A stretch of 64,000 bases of DNA from an uncultured Gemmatimonadales bacterium (GCA_963821525.1 CAWGED010000007.1:31134-95133); one strand, 5' to 3'; counted from the stretch's first letter, positions 11,588 through 22,990 are shown. A program made the numbers and translations. Notes: a model not told the origin generated them from the letters alone.

Positions 11588-12101
11588 ACCGGTGTCTCAC
11601 TACCGACTGCAGCTCTCCCTCGATCAGCTCCAGCTGCCGTTCGATGTCGTTGTGATCGAGATCGGTGTCGGGCGCGGGTACCCCGTTCTGAGAGAAGAGG
11701 GTCGCGACCAGCGCATCGGTGTAGCCCACGACGGCCACCGCGATGCCCTTGTCCAGCGTGCGATTCAGGTGAAGAATGATCGCCATCGCCTGGCGAGGAC
11801 GGAGGCCCGCGAAGATCGGGGCCAGCTGGCGGGTGAGCAGTTCGCGGAGGAATTGGATTTCTTCCACGACCTCCCCCGCGGCGAGGCCACGCGCGGCTCC
11901 CACACGCCCGTAATGTTCGCAGGCGTGGAACCAGACTTCGCGCACTTCCTGGCGCATGGGCCCGACCGTCTCCACCAGCACGTCCATCAGGAGACGCAGC
12001 TCGCGTTCGACGGTGTGGGGAGGCACGTGAGGCGCGGCGGTGAGACGCACACCGAGCCAATCTGCCCATTGTGTTACTACTTTGTCCCGCAGATCGGTCA
12101 T
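11586..12101 (-). CDS. Hypothetical helical protein, RsbRD N-terminal-like (start uncertain)
   Basis: HYGRVGAARGLAAGEVVEEIQFLRE pattern. Confidence 0.55.
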   Translation of the reverse strand: MTDLRDKVVTQWADWLGVRLTAAPHVPPHTVERELRLLMDVLVETVGPMRQEVREVWFHACEHYGRVGAARGLAAGEVVEEIQFLRELLTRQLAPIFAGLRPRQAMAIILHLNRTLDKGIAVAVVGYTDALVATLFSQNGVPAPDTDLDHNDIERQLELIEGELQSVVRHR

Positions 12102-12198
12102 TGCACGACCGACCGTTTGTAACGTCGGGTGAGACGCTCGCAATGCCACGACTCCATGGTGTGGTGAGAGCAGCGCGACAATCTACACGGGAGCCAGA

Positions 12199-13161
12199 AT
12201 GGGGTCAAAGGACGTTATTCGCCCTCGCATGCTGAAGGCCGGCAGCCGCATCGCGCTCATCGCGCCCGCCGGGCCGCTGCTCAATCGCGACGATCTCACC
12301 CGTGGCGAAGAGCTGTGCCGAGCGCTGGGATACGAGCCGGTGCTCTTCCCCAACGCGGGGCGCGCCTACGGCTATCTCGCCGGAACCGACGAGGAACGGC
12401 TCGCCGACCTGAATGCCGCGCTGCGGGATCCCTCGCTGGATGCGGTCTGGTGCCTCCGCGGTGGGTACGGCATGACTCGCATTCTCTCGCAGGTGGACTA
12501 CAAGGCGTTGGCTCGCGCCCCCAAGGCCGTGATCGGATACTCCGATATCACGGCGCTGCTTCTCGGGATCTACCGAGAAGCTTCGGTCGTCAGCTTTCAT
12601 GGACCGGTCGCGTACTCCAGTCTCTCTCCATTCTCGCGCTGGCACTTCGATCGGGTGCTGACAATGCCGGCTCCCGCCGGCCGCCTCGGACGGGTGGCCC
12701 CGCCATCCGACGTGCTGGTGCCCGGTGATCTCCGCGTCGTCACCTTGAAGAGCGGTGTGGCCGAAGGGCGCCTGCTCGGCGGCAACCTCTCCCTGTTGCA
12801 GTGTATGGTGGGCACCAGGCACCAGCCGGACTTTGACGGGGCCATTCTCTTCATCGAAGACGTGGGAGAGGCGTTGTACCGCGTGGACCGTATGTTGTCC
12901 CATCTGAAGCTGGCCGGTATTCTCGACAAACTGGCCGGCGTAATCGTGGGCCAGTTCACCGAAATGGACGAAGGGGGAGAAGACGGGGCCCTGGGCTTCG
13001 ATCAGGTCCTGGCCAACTACTTCCTGCCCCTGGGTATTCCTGTGGCTTACGGATTTCCCTTTGGTCACGTCACCGAAAAGTGGACCCTCCCGGTCGGTGT
13101 GAAGGCGAGACTCGACGCAGGGGCCGGAGAAGTCGAGATCCTCGAACCGGCAGTCTCCTGA
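12199..13161 (+). CDS. ldcA: LD-carboxypeptidase, peptidase S66
   Basis: RGGYG, GYSDIT, GGNL, FIEDVGE, FGH catalytic motifs. Confidence 0.9.
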   Translation: MGSKDVIRPRMLKAGSRIALIAPAGPLLNRDDLTRGEELCRALGYEPVLFPNAGRAYGYLAGTDEERLADLNAALRDPSLDAVWCLRGGYGMTRILSQVDYKALARAPKAVIGYSDITALLLGIYREASVVSFHGPVAYSSLSPFSRWHFDRVLTMPAPAGRLGRVAPPSDVLVPGDLRVVTLKSGVAEGRLLGGNLSLLQCMVGTRHQPDFDGAILFIEDVGEALYRVDRMLSHLKLAGILDKLAGVIVGQFTEMDEGGEDGALGFDQVLANYFLPLGIPVAYGFPFGHVTEKWTLPVGVKARLDAGAGEVEILEPAVS

Positions 13162-13168
13162 TCTCGCT

Positions 13169-14014
13169 ATGGCAAACGCAATGGCAACACCTACTCTCAC
13201 GAAACACACTCTGCCGGGGTCGCTCGGTCCCATCCTGATTGATGTGCGGGCCGCGGGCCGGACATCGCCGCAACCCGCGGTCCTCGTCATTCATGGATTC
13301 AAGGGATTCAAGGACTGGGGCATGTTTCCGTCTCTCGCGGTCCGCCTGGCTCGCGCGGGCCTCTCGGCTATCTCGTTCAACCTGAGTGGCAGCGGAGTGG
13401 ACGACGCGGGAGAATTCGCCTTTCCCGAAAAATTCGGCCACAACACCTTCAGCGCCGAGCTGCACGACATCGAGATTGTCCTGGAGGCGCTGCTCGCGGG
13501 CAGCCTGGGAGTGGCGCCGCCCACCTCGGTCGGGCTGTTCGGGCATTCGCGGGGTGGTGGAATGGCGATTCTCTGCGCGGCGGGCAATCCGAAAATTGGA
13601 GCGATGGTCACCTGGTCCGCGATCTCCACGGTGGATCGCTGGCCCTCACAAAAAGCGCTTTGGCGCGCGACCGGGAAGCTCGAGATCGTGAACACCCGGA
13701 CCGGACAGGTGCTGCCGCTCTATACCGACGTGCTGGATGATGTGGAGCGCCACGGCCGGGCTCAGCTCGATATCCTCGGCGCCACGGGAAGGGTGCGCGC
13801 TCCCTGGCTCATCCTGCACGGCGCGGCCGACCCGACCGTCCCGGTCGCAGAAGCCGAGGCCCTCCGGGGCGAAGCGAAGGCTGACCTCGCCCGCCTGCTG
13901 ATTATCCCGGAAGCCGGTCACACTATGGGCGCGGTGCACCCCTTCGCCGGCATGACGCCCCAGTTGGCGGAGGCGATTGACGAGACCGTGAAGTGGTTCG
14001 GGCGGAATCTGTGA
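13169..14014 (+). CDS. Alpha/beta hydrolase
   Basis: HGFKGFKDWG, GHSRGG nucleophile elbow, HGAADPTV, AGH. Confidence 0.88.
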   Translation: MANAMATPTLTKHTLPGSLGPILIDVRAAGRTSPQPAVLVIHGFKGFKDWGMFPSLAVRLARAGLSAISFNLSGSGVDDAGEFAFPEKFGHNTFSAELHDIEIVLEALLAGSLGVAPPTSVGLFGHSRGGGMAILCAAGNPKIGAMVTWSAISTVDRWPSQKALWRATGKLEIVNTRTGQVLPLYTDVLDDVERHGRAQLDILGATGRVRAPWLILHGAADPTVPVAEAEALRGEAKADLARLLIIPEAGHTMGAVHPFAGMTPQLAEAIDETVKWFGRNL

Positions 14015-14100
14015 TTGAAGATTGCAGATTTCAGATTGAAGATTTGACGGAAACGTGCTGGCGGGCCAATCTTCAATCTGAAAATCTTCAATCTTCAATG
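14013..14100. repeat. Inverted heptamer arrays (GATTGAA)5 / (CAATCTT)4-5
   Basis: Directly visible; arms separated by ~20 nt. Confidence 0.85.
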
Positions 14101-14109
14101 ATCTGAGAC

Positions 14110-14328
14110 ATGCCCATCTACGAATACCACTGCGCCGCCTGCGGCACCGATTTCGAATTGCTGGTACGGGGCGGAACCGTCGTGAAGTGCCCGTCCTGTG
14201 AGGCCAGGAAGGTCGAGCGTCGGCTCTCCGTTCCCGCGCGCCCCGCCGGTGCGCCGGCAACCGATTTCTCCAAACTCGGCCCGCCCTCCGGTGGCGGGTG
14301 TCATGGAGGAGGGTGCGGCTGCCACTGA
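14110..14328 (+). CDS. FmdB family zinc-ribbon protein
   Basis: MPIYEYHC..CG..FE...CP.C. Confidence 0.9.
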   Translation: MPIYEYHCAACGTDFELLVRGGTVVKCPSCEARKVERRLSVPARPAGAPATDFSKLGPPSGGGCHGGGCGCH

Positions 14329-14919
14329 GCCCGCTTCAGCAACTGCTCGCCAATCGGTTGGCCCAACGCCGGTCCGTGAACGTCGAGCTTCCCGACGCAT
14401 CATTGGCCGGCGTTGCCGTTGTCGTGGCGCCGGATCCCGATGCGGTTCTTGCTCATCCGGCGGGCGGATCGGGTGGGAGATCCCTGGTCTGGGCACATGG
14501 GGTTGCCGGGAGGCCGATTCCAGGCCGACGACGAGGACCTGCTGGCCACCGCCATCCGGGAGACTCGTGAGGAGCTCTCGCTCACACTCAATCCAACCAG
14601 CCTGCTCGGCGTTCTCGATGATGTCTCTCCCAAGACTCCCATCCCGAGGCCAGTCGTCGTAAGGCCCTTCATCTTCGCCGTCGACGGACGACCGGCCCTT
14701 CAACCCAACGACGAAGTTGCGCTGGTTCTTTGGGTGCCGCTGACCGAACTGAGAAAAGCGGGGGTCTACCGGGAGGCTCGGATCAGAATCCGGGGGGAAG
14801 ACCGCCTCTTCCCTGCCTACCACTTGGGTGACCATGTGGTCTGGGGGCTGACCGAGCGAATTCTGACTCCTCTTCTCGACCTGCTCACCGACAGGGAGAT
14901 TCCTACCGGCGAATCTTGA
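14313..14919 (+). CDS. Nudix hydrolase, CoA pyrophosphatase (frameshift ~14448)
   Basis: LLIRRA.R.GDPWSGHMGLPGG, TAIRETREE, VWGLT. Confidence 0.85.
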
Positions 14920-14960
14920 CTTTTGGCCCTGATTAACTGTAAATTAGTCTAACCTAAATT
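14916..14960 (+). promoter_or_regulatory. Putative sigma70 promoter overlapped by a DtxR/MntR-type operator
   Basis: TTGACT-18-TAAATT; GTAAATTAGTCTAACCTAA matches the DtxR/IdeR box TTAGGTTAGGCTAACCTAA at 15/19 positions. Confidence 0.7.
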
Positions 14961-14975
14961 ACAGGTCGGGGCTGC

Positions 14976-15665
14976 ATGAATTCCGCACTCCTCCACGAGC
15001 CCCTCACGCGCTCGGTCGAGGACTATCTCAAGACCATCTACCGACTGTCCCAGAAGGGGCAGCCGGCCACAACTAACGATATCGCTCACCAGCTTGAGCT
15101 TTCCGCTCCTTCGGTCAGCGGGATGATCAAGCGGCTCTCCGAGCAGGGACTGCTGGAGCACATTCCCTACAAGGGCGTGGTTCTCACCCTCGAAGGCCGT
15201 CACGCCGCTCTTCGCACCATCCGCCGTCACCGAATCATCGAGGCTTACCTGGTCGCCTTCCTCGGCTACGGTTGGGAAACCGTCCATGAGGAGGCTGAGC
15301 GTCTCGAGCACGCCGTGTCCGAAATGCTGATCGAGCGCATGGCGGAAGCGCTGGGCAATCCCCGTTTTGATCCGCACGGAGATCCGATCCCGGATCCTGA
15401 TGGATCGGTCAGCGAGCTGATTTACACCCCGCTGAGTGAAATCCCCGCCGGAGAGTCGGTGGAGATTCGTCAGGCGGACACCAGTCAGCCCGACCGTCTG
15501 CGCTACATCGCCTCGTTCGGGCTCAAGCCCGGCACCCGTGTCACTGTCGTAGACCGTCAGCCCTTCCGGGGACCCATCACGGTTCAGGTCGGCGGCCAGA
15601 GTCATATCCTCGGTCACGAAATCGCCATGCTGCTGCTCTGTGCTCGGCCGCAGATCGCCTCATGA
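14976..15665 (+). CDS. mntR: DtxR/MntR family metal-dependent regulator with FeoA domain
   Basis: [32 protein letters not shown]. Confidence 0.9.
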   Translation: MNSALLHEPLTRSVEDYLKTIYRLSQKGQPATTNDIAHQLELSAPSVSGMIKRLSEQGLLEHIPYKGVVLTLEGRHAALRTIRRHRIIEAYLVAFLGYGWETVHEEAERLEHAVSEMLIERMAEALGNPRFDPHGDPIPDPDGSVSELIYTPLSEIPAGESVEIRQADTSQPDRLRYIASFGLKPGTRVTVVDRQPFRGPITVQVGGQSHILGHEIAMLLLCARPQIAS

Positions 15666-17017
15666 CCACGATTCCCGCTCCAGTCCAGGATCAGGTAGCG
15701 TGGCGCTATCCCCGCCGCAGCCCCAGTCTGCCGGAGGCGCACCACTCAATCACCGTCCCCAAGGGCGTGAGCGTTCTGCGCAAGATGCTCGCGTTCGCCG
15801 GACCTGGTTACATGGTGGCGGTGGGCTACATGGACCCCGGCAACTGGGCCAGCGACCTGGCCGGAGGCGCCCGTTTCGGCTACTCCCTGCTCAGCGTCAT
15901 TCTGCTATCCAACCTGATGGCGATCCTGCTGCAGTCGCTCGCCCTCAAGCTGGGAATCGTCACGGGGCGAGATCTCGCCCAGGCCTGCCGCGATCACTAC
16001 TCGCGGCCGGTCAGCTTCGTGCTCTGGGTCTTGTGTGAGATCGCTATCGCGGCGTGTGATCTGGCCGAGGTGATCGGATCGGCGATCGCGCTGAACCTGT
16101 TGTTCGGCATTCCGCTCATCTGGGGCGTGTGCCTTACCGCGCTCGATGTACTGCTGATCCTGCTCCTGCAGAACAAGGGATTCCGCTACCTCGAGGCGTT
16201 CGTTATTTCGCTGGTCATCACGATCGGCCTCTGCTTCGCCGTGGAGCTGGTGCTGGCTCGGCCGGCCATCGGTGCGGTGATGGGCGGTTTGGTCCCTACC
16301 ACCCAGATCGTGACCAACCCGATCATGCTGTACATCGCGATCGCCATCCTCGGCGCGACCGTAATGCCGCACAATCTCTACCTGCACTCTGCCATCGTGC
16401 AGACTCGCAAGGTGGGTCCCGAGCCGGCCGCGAAGCGGGAGGCCATCAAGTACGCCACGATTGATTCCACCCTGGCCCTGCTGTTCGCGTTCTTCATCAA
16501 CGGGGCGATTCTGGTCCTGGCCGCGGCGGCGTTCCACAACAGTGGCTATCAGGAAGTGGCAGACATCGGGGACGCCTACAAGCTGCTGACCCCGCTGCTG
16601 GGCACCTCGGTGGCGAGCTTTCTCTTCGCCCTGGCGTTGCTCGCCTCGGGGCAGAACTCCACCATCACCGGCACCCTCGCCGGGCAGATCGTGATGGAGG
16701 GCTTCCTCGACATCCGGCTCAAGCCGTGGCTCCGCCGGCTGATTACCCGGCTCATCGCGATCATCCCGGCCGTGATCGTGACTGCGCTCTATGGCGAGAA
16801 GGGCGTGGGCAGTCTGCTCATCCTGAGCCAGGTCATCCTGAGCCTGCAGCTCTCCTTCGCGGTAGTGCCGCTGGTGCTCTTCACCAGTCAGAAGTCCAAG
16901 ATGGGGGACTTCGTGAACGGGCGCGGCGTGGCCGCGCTGGCCTGGAGCGTTACCGCGGTCATCGTCTGCCTCAACGCGTGGTTGTTGTTGACGACGTTCC
17001 GTGGTTGGATGAGTTGA
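15662..17017 (+). CDS. mntH: Nramp family Mn2+/Fe2+ transporter
   Basis: [40 protein letters not shown]. Confidence 0.95.
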   Translation: MTTIPAPVQDQVAWRYPRRSPSLPEAHHSITVPKGVSVLRKMLAFAGPGYMVAVGYMDPGNWASDLAGGARFGYSLLSVILLSNLMAILLQSLALKLGIVTGRDLAQACRDHYSRPVSFVLWVLCEIAIAACDLAEVIGSAIALNLLFGIPLIWGVCLTALDVLLILLLQNKGFRYLEAFVISLVITIGLCFAVELVLARPAIGAVMGGLVPTTQIVTNPIMLYIAIAILGATVMPHNLYLHSAIVQTRKVGPEPAAKREAIKYATIDSTLALLFAFFINGAILVLAAAAFHNSGYQEVADIGDAYKLLTPLLGTSVASFLFALALLASGQNSTITGTLAGQIVMEGFLDIRLKPWLRRLITRLIAIIPAVIVTALYGEKGVGSLLILSQVILSLQLSFAVVPLVLFTSQKSKMGDFVNGRGVAALAWSVTAVIVCLNAWLLLTTFRGWMS

Positions 17018-17917
17018 GTCTGGCGGGAGGGCGGGATGGCGGGAAGGCGGTCGGATTGGTCGGCGGAATTGAAGCCGGTCTGTCTGTCCGCCCTCCCGCC
17101 CTCCCGCCTTACCGCCTGATCTCGACCCTGTCCGTCTCGTCCGTCCTGATCGCCCTGTTCGTCTCTCCCCTGTCCGCCCAAACGCCTCCTTCTCTCCCAC
17201 CAATCTCCGACAACAGCTTCCTTGTCGAAGAGGCCTACAATCAGGAATCGCGGGTCGTGCAGCACATCAGCACGTTCAGCCGCGGATCCGACGGTGGGTG
17301 GATCTACACCTTTACCCAGGAGTGGCCGTTCCGGGGGATGCGGAATCAGCTGAGCTACACGATCCCGGCACTCCACAATAACGGCACCGGGGTCGGCGAT
17401 ATCCAGCTCAACTATCGCCTGCAGGCGCTTGGGAATCCCGATGCGCCCGTCGCACTGGCGCCGCGGCTCACGGCGATCCTGCCGACCGGCTCCAGTTCGG
17501 AGTCTCGCGGTTTCGGCAGTGCCGGTCTGCAGGCAGCCCTGCCCGCCAGCATCCATCCGGTGCCGGCGTTGGTCTTCCACCTGAATGCGGGCGTCACCTG
17601 GCTTCCCAACGCCAAGAACCCTTCAGGCCGGGAGGCATCCACCACGAGCTACAACCTCGGCGCCAGCGCAATCTGGTTGGCCAAGAGCAGGATCAACTTC
17701 CTGTTGGAATGGGTCTGGCTGGATGCCGAACTGGTGAATGCGAACGGCGGTACTCGGCGGGAGCAGGCGATGCTGCTGAATCCAGGCGTGCGGGTCGGAT
17801 TCGACTTCAAGAGCGGACTACAGATCGTTCCCGGCGTGGCCTACACGGTGGGAGTCGGGCCCAGCGAAGATGTAGAAGCCTTGTTCTTGTATCTCGAGTT
17901 TAGAGCACGGGTTTTAG
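17014..17917 (+). CDS. Outer-membrane beta-barrel transporter-like protein (frameshift ~17895; start uncertain)
   Basis: Signal peptide, [19 protein letters not shown], amphipathic strands, C-terminal ...EHGF in a shifted frame. Confidence 0.7.
17022..17119. repeat. Inverted octamer arrays (GGCGGGAN)4 / (CCGCCCTC-like)4
   Basis: Directly visible in the 5' end of the barrel gene. Confidence 0.75.
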
Positions 17918-17925
17918 GTTGTGGG

Positions 17926-18866
17926 TTACTCCCTCAACGCCTCGAGCAACCTCACCAGCCGCTGATTCCGTGCCTCGGTGAGCTCCGGTAGATGGGCCGC
18001 GTAGGCGTTGCCGACTAGCCGCATCAGCCGGAGCCGATCCTCGTCGCTCAGATGTTCAAACTTGGCCAGCGTAGTCCATTGGGCCTCGCTCTCCGCGAGG
18101 AGCCTGGAGAAGTAGACGTCAGCGCCTTCTTCGCCCGCGTTGATCACGTGTTCCAGGTGAGGGCCTGAAGCCGCCCAGATCAACGCCGGTCCCACCGAGA
18201 GTGCCCGATCGACGTCTTCCACATCGAGCGCACCCTCGAGCACCAGGTAAATGCATTCCCGCCACACCGCCGCCGCGACCCGGCCCAGGATGTTCCCGGG
18301 GACTTCCTTCTGAAGCACGATCGGGGCGCGTCCCAGCATGCTCAGCCAGAACCGCAGGTCTTCGATGCAGGCGGGGTCGGTGTTGGGTCCAGAGACGACT
18401 TCGACCACGGGGAGTAGCTCGACCGGGATTGAGCGGGTGGGCGACCATCACCCGGTCCTGGTTGGCTACTCGGGCGCACAGCTGAGAGAGTGGGAAGGAG
18501 CTGCTGCTGGTGACGACGGCGGCCCTGCGAGCATACCTGCTCGATCTGCTCCAGCAGCTTCTGTTTGAGGTGGAGTTCATCGTTACCCGCTTCGATGATC
18601 CAGTCGGCGTCGGTCACCGTTTGCAGCAGGCTCTTGCCGATTCGCATCTCGTTCAGCGCCGACTCGGCGATGCTGGCCTCGGCCCTTCGCAGCCGAACCA
18701 GCGTCTCTACCCGATCACCGATTTCCTGTTCGGCACTCGTCAGAGTGCCGGAGTCAGGGTCGAAAATCGCCACGGGCCAGCCGGCGCCGATCGCGAGAGC
18801 CGCCCACCCGCGGCCGACCTCGGTGGCACCGATGACCGCGACTCGAGGTGTTTCGAATCGGTTCAT
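17926..18866 (-). CDS. 3-hydroxyacyl-CoA dehydrogenase family protein (frameshifts ~18420-18530)
   Basis: VAVIGA..VG.GWA, ADWIIEA..D...KQ, AHPLNP, KEVPG.I..R. Confidence 0.8.
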
Positions 18867-18998
18867 GGATATCTGAGGATAACGCTGGACCTGACGGCGG
18901 CCAAGGAGTCTAAAGGCCAATTCGTGCGCTGAGCGACCCGGTGAAGTAGCGGAAGGCGCCAATCGGCTCTGATCACGAGTCTGAACAGGGAATCCGAG

Positions 18999-19259
18999 CT
19001 ACTCAACCGTCCCTTGTCGGAGTGCTACATATCCGAGGCCGACTTTCGCGTCGAGATTGCGGGTGCACAGGCGGTCAGCCTGACCGAAGCGCTCGCCTGC
19101 CTGAGTGATCGAATCGGAACGAAGAAGCGTATAGCCCTGGGCCACGAGGGTGCCGGCTCGGGGTGGGCAAGGGGTCTGGGCCACCCCGGTTTCCCAGAGG
19201 CCCGCAAGGGCAAGCGTGACGACCCACGCGAGCGGTATCCGGTGTAGATTCGAGGCCAT
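18999..19259 (-). pseudogene. Truncated secreted TPR-like protein fragment
   Basis: Signal peptide plus one TPR-like unit (DAKVGLGYVALRQG), then a stop. Confidence 0.35.
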
Positions 19260-19321
19260 GCCGTTGGGTGAATCATCAACCGCCGCCATTCGCTGAGCAA
19301 GCTATCGGAGCCGGCCAGCCC

Positions 19322-19702
19322 ATGACCGATACCGCACTCGAGACTACTCGAGCCTTGGGGCGCCAACTGATTGATGAGTTTGGCAAAGGATGGAGTCGAG
19401 CCAAGGTCGACCAGATGATGGCCGTCTTCGCCCCCGACGCGGTTTTCGTGGAAACTCCCTTCTCTGAGCCGATTCGCGGTGACGCGGTGAGAGCCTATTG
19501 GGCAGACATGCCCGCACACCAGTCGGAAATCACCTTCACCTCGGGCGAGATTTTCGCGGCAGGGCCGTGGTTTTCGACAGAGTTCAAGTGCGTCTTCCGC
19601 CGGCGCCGGACCGGGGAGTGGGTCGATGCCCGGGGGGCGATCTTCTGTGAGACCAACGGCGACAAGATCACTGAGATGCGGATGTACTGGCACCGTCAGT
19701 AA
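19322..19702 (+). CDS. NTF2/SnoaL-like fold protein
   Basis: FAPDAVF.E.PF..P..G..VRAYW; GDKITE.R.YW. Confidence 0.8.
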   Translation: MTDTALETTRALGRQLIDEFGKGWSRAKVDQMMAVFAPDAVFVETPFSEPIRGDAVRAYWADMPAHQSEITFTSGEIFAAGPWFSTEFKCVFRRRRTGEWVDARGAIFCETNGDKITEMRMYWHRQ

Positions 19703-19860
19703 GGGGTAGAACCATAGAGGGAGCGCGTCCGGTGGATGCCGGCCAGCAGGGTCCGTAAGTGCAGCCACGGAGGACACTTGCCTTCGCCGACTGTCCTGAA
19801 CCAAATCCAACGTTGCCGGCAGCTGATTCGTAAATTCAATTAGGACTGTAGTTTGAAGGG

Positions 19861-19876
19861 TGGCATGGGGATCGCA
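19861..19876 (+). promoter_or_regulatory. Putative sigma54 promoter
   Basis: TGGCATGGGGATCGCA, GG-N10-GC spacing. Confidence 0.5.
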
Positions 19877-19932
19877 TTCCGACAGTTGGCTGTCTCCCTT
19901 TTGCCCCGTCTCACTTTGGCACCGAGGACGCC

Positions 19933-21598
19933 ATGCTCCTCGCACTGATGCTGTCGGCGCTCACTGCCGACCCCGGTTCTGCAACGGTCCCGCCTACGCG
20001 GGCCGTCACGACTGTTCGAGTTTCCCTCAACAAAGACGGTTATTACGCCCTGGGAGACCAGGTCACGGTCAGAGTCAGCTCGTCGGAAGACGGGTATCTG
20101 ATCGTGTTCCGCGCCACGACCCGAGGCCGCGTGCGGGTCCTGTTCCCGCTCGACCCTGGGCTCGACAACTTCGTGCGCGGCGGGAAGACCTACGACGTGC
20201 TCGGGCGGGGAGGGAAGGAGTCGTTCCGGGTGGATGACGAGCAGGGCTCTGGCGTCGTCTATGCGGCCGTCTCCGAGGAGCCACTGCAGTTCGAACAGTT
20301 CATGCGAGGAGACCACTGGGATTACCGGGCCTTCGAGGATTATCAGGTATCCGACGATGCGGAAACCACGTTCGGAGACCTGATGGAAAAGATGGCCTCG
20401 ACAGGGCGGTACCAGTATGACTTGGTGAGCTACCATGTGGCGGGGAACGACTACTCCGCAGACAACAATTACAACTCCAACGACTACGACCACGACGGGC
20501 ACTATCACTACGACGGCTCCGCCGGATTCTATGCCCCGTGCTTTGGTTGCAGCCCGTATTACGGCAGCGGCTTCAGCTTCAGTATCGGCTTCGGGTTCGG
20601 AGCGCCACCGTTCTATCCGTACTACTACGCTCCGTTCTACCCCGCTTACTACGGGTACTACCCGTATTACGGCTACTACCATCCGTACTACGCCTACGTT
20701 CCGTACTACTACCGGGTGATCAACCCCTACTACGGCTACAATCCGTACTACTACCGGGGCACTTACGGCTACATGCCGGGCGGCCCGAATTACGGCGGTC
20801 GTCCGCCCTACGGGTTCAAGCCAGGACTCCCGGGATCTCCGGGTGGCCCGGGAACTCCGGTCGGCTATCGTCCGCGGTTCACCGCAACTGGAAGAGACCC
20901 GCGTGGTGGTGTTCCGACGATTGGCATAGCTCCACGCGATCGTCGCAACCCTGATATCGGTGGTCGCGGCGATGGCAGGACAGTGATCCGTCCGGTGTCG
21001 TCCGGCGGAATGGGGTCCGGAGACAGCCCGAGACGCCGGGTTGGCGTGGATGATCGCTCACCGCGTCCTGCGCCGCGGACGACTACAACGACTCGTCCGG
21101 GCGGTCCGACACCGAGCACGTCTCCCAGCACCGCCAGGCCGAGTGACGGTTCGAATCGCTCTGGCGGATCTGCGCCCAGCACCGGCACCTATCGGCCCCG
21201 GACTCGGGTGGAAGATCTCTCGCCGGCTGACCAGGTCTTCGACTCGTAGCGCGCCGTCGCCGCAAACCGATGGATCGCCGCGCTACTCCTCACCTCGTCA
21301 GGGTGATCCGGTGAGGCCATATCCCTCCCAAGGTCGCGATCCTCGCCGGGCTGCACCTTCGCGAGATGGCTCGCCGTCCTACCAGCCGCCGGCGCGTTCG
21401 AGTGGTCAGCCCAGTTATGGCGGCCGGCCGAGCTCTAGCGGGCGGCCCAGTGGTCAGCCCAGCTATGGCGGTGGTCGCCCCAGCTACAGCGGTGGTGGTG
21501 GCGGCGGTGGTCGGCCGAGCTACGGCGGCGGAAGTTACGGCGGTGGAGGCTATGGTGGCGGGCGGGTGTCGAGCGGCGGTGGTGGGAGACCGCGTTGA
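19933..21598 (+). CDS. DUF4384-like secreted protein with Tyr-rich and Gly/Ser/Arg-rich low-complexity tail (frameshift ~21240)
   Basis: Y.LGD.V.V......DGY..V....G..RVLFP; YYPYYGYY tracts; SYGGG repeats. Confidence 0.7.
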
Positions 21599-21624
21599 AC
21601 GTACGGCAAGTAAGAACTACCTCT

Positions 21625-21652
21625 CGGGGCGGCCTCAGGCCGCCCCGTTTGC
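21625..21652 (+). terminator. Intrinsic terminator
   Basis: CGGGGCGGCC-TCA-GGCCGCCCCG-TTT. Confidence 0.7.
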
Positions 21653-21656
21653 GTTC

Positions 21657-22119
21657 CTAGCTGTGTCTCCGCACGTAGTCGAGGCCCCACTCGAGATATT
21701 CGGCCGATCGCAATCCGACCTTCATCGCCGTCGCCACCGCGTCCTCCTCTGTCCATTCCCTGGTCGAGCATGAGATGCGCGATCAACGCCCCACCCACCC
21801 GGTTTCCACTCCCGCAGTGCATGAAGATTTGTTTCTCCCCTTTGTCTCGCAGGACCTTGAGAATGCGCTCGAGCGTCGCGTCGTTCAGCCGCCCCGCGCT
21901 GATCGGCACGTTCACGTACTCCATCCCGAGCTGCGCCACCTTCGCCGGTTCGTCGATGGGACGCGGCTCCATTGGCTCCCGCAAGTCGAGAATTACCGAG
22001 ACACCGGCGGCTTTCATGGCCTCCAGTTGCGATGTCCCGGGTTGGCCGCCAGTCACCAGCCCGGTGATCGGCTGGCAGGCATTGGCGACTCCGCTGATGG
22101 CTTCGAGTAGGGTTGGCAT
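21657..22119 (-). CDS. DUF442/PTP-like protein (frameshift ~21750)
   Basis: GGQP, VILDLR...E, YVNVPI, HCGSGNR (CX4R loop). Confidence 0.8.
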
Positions 22120-22192
22120 GGCAGGTTCATTGGAAACGGAAGAACTATCTTCCGTGAGGGGAGGACGTGAGGAGTAGGTCCTTAGGCCTAAA

Positions 22193-22222
22193 CTCGGTAC
22201 TCGGTACTAGGTACTTAGTACT
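22193..22222. repeat. Heptamer array (CTCGGTA)-like x4
   Basis: CTCGGTA CTCGGTA CTAGGTA CTTAGTA. Confidence 0.8.
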
Positions 22223-22244
22223 ATGGATCACGAAAGGGGAAGGG

Positions 22245-22634
22245 GTGATCTGGTACATCGCGCTGGGTAGTGCGCTCGGAGGAGTCGGCCGATACTTGCT
22301 CGGCGGCCTGATCCAGGACTGGAGTGGGAGCTCCTTCCCCGTCGGCACGCTAATCGTCAACATCAGCGGGTCGTTCCTCCTGGGACTCATCAGTGGGTAC
22401 GCCCTGGAATCCGCGGCAATCAGCGCCGAAGTCAGGGCATTCCTGACCATCGGGATTTGTGGCGGATACACCACCTTCTCCACCTTTTCTCTCGAAACCG
22501 TCAACCTGCTCCGCGACGGCGACTATGCGAGAGCTGCATCCTACCTGCTGCTGAGTGTCCTGATCTCTCTGGCGGCGGTATTCATGGGGCTCGCTGCCGG
22601 GCATCAGATCGTCCTGCTCCGGCGAGGCGGATGA
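22245..22634 (+). CDS. crcB: Fluoride channel Fluc
   Basis: GSALGGVGRY, FPVGTL.VN.SGSF, GICGGYTTFSTFS.E. Confidence 0.95.
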   Translation: MIWYIALGSALGGVGRYLLGGLIQDWSGSSFPVGTLIVNISGSFLLGLISGYALESAAISAEVRAFLTIGICGGYTTFSTFSLETVNLLRDGDYARAASYLLLSVLISLAAVFMGLAAGHQIVLLRRGG

Positions 22635-22637
22635 GAT

Positions 22638-22973
22638 ATGCACGGACTGACGGGTGAGCGGGTCCTCATGCGGATTCACATCGGCGAACGCGACCGTCAC
22701 GACGGGAAACCGCTCTATGAAGCGATCGTGAACCTGCTTCGCGAGAGACATTATGCGGGCGCCACCGTGACTCGTGCGGTCATGGGCTTCGGGGCGACAG
22801 CGCGGCTCCACACCGACAAGGTGCTGCGTCTCTCAGTGGACCTGCCTATCGTGGTGGAGTGCGTGGATACCGAGGAGAAGATCCAGGCCATTCTTCCTGA
22901 GCTGGACCAGATGATCGGCGGCGGACTGATCACTCTCGAGAAGGTGAAGGTGATTGTCTATCGGGCAGAGTGA
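22638..22973 (+). CDS. DUF190 family protein
   Basis: IGERD...GKPLY, GATV.R...GFG, LS.DLP.VVE; usual crcB neighbour. Confidence 0.9.
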   Translation: MHGLTGERVLMRIHIGERDRHDGKPLYEAIVNLLRERHYAGATVTRAVMGFGATARLHTDKVLRLSVDLPIVVECVDTEEKIQAILPELDQMIGGGLITLEKVKVIVYRAE

Positions 22974-22990
22974 CCCCTTAAATTCCCATC

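Noticed and set aside
15905..17203. Long antisense ORFs (also 42601-43908, 45097-46116, 53101-54666)
   Set aside because: Shadows of real genes, expected from high-GC codon bias
19703..19860. Riboswitch or ncRNA upstream of the DUF4384-like gene
   Set aside because: No Rfam-like consensus I can recognise by eye; would need an Infernal search
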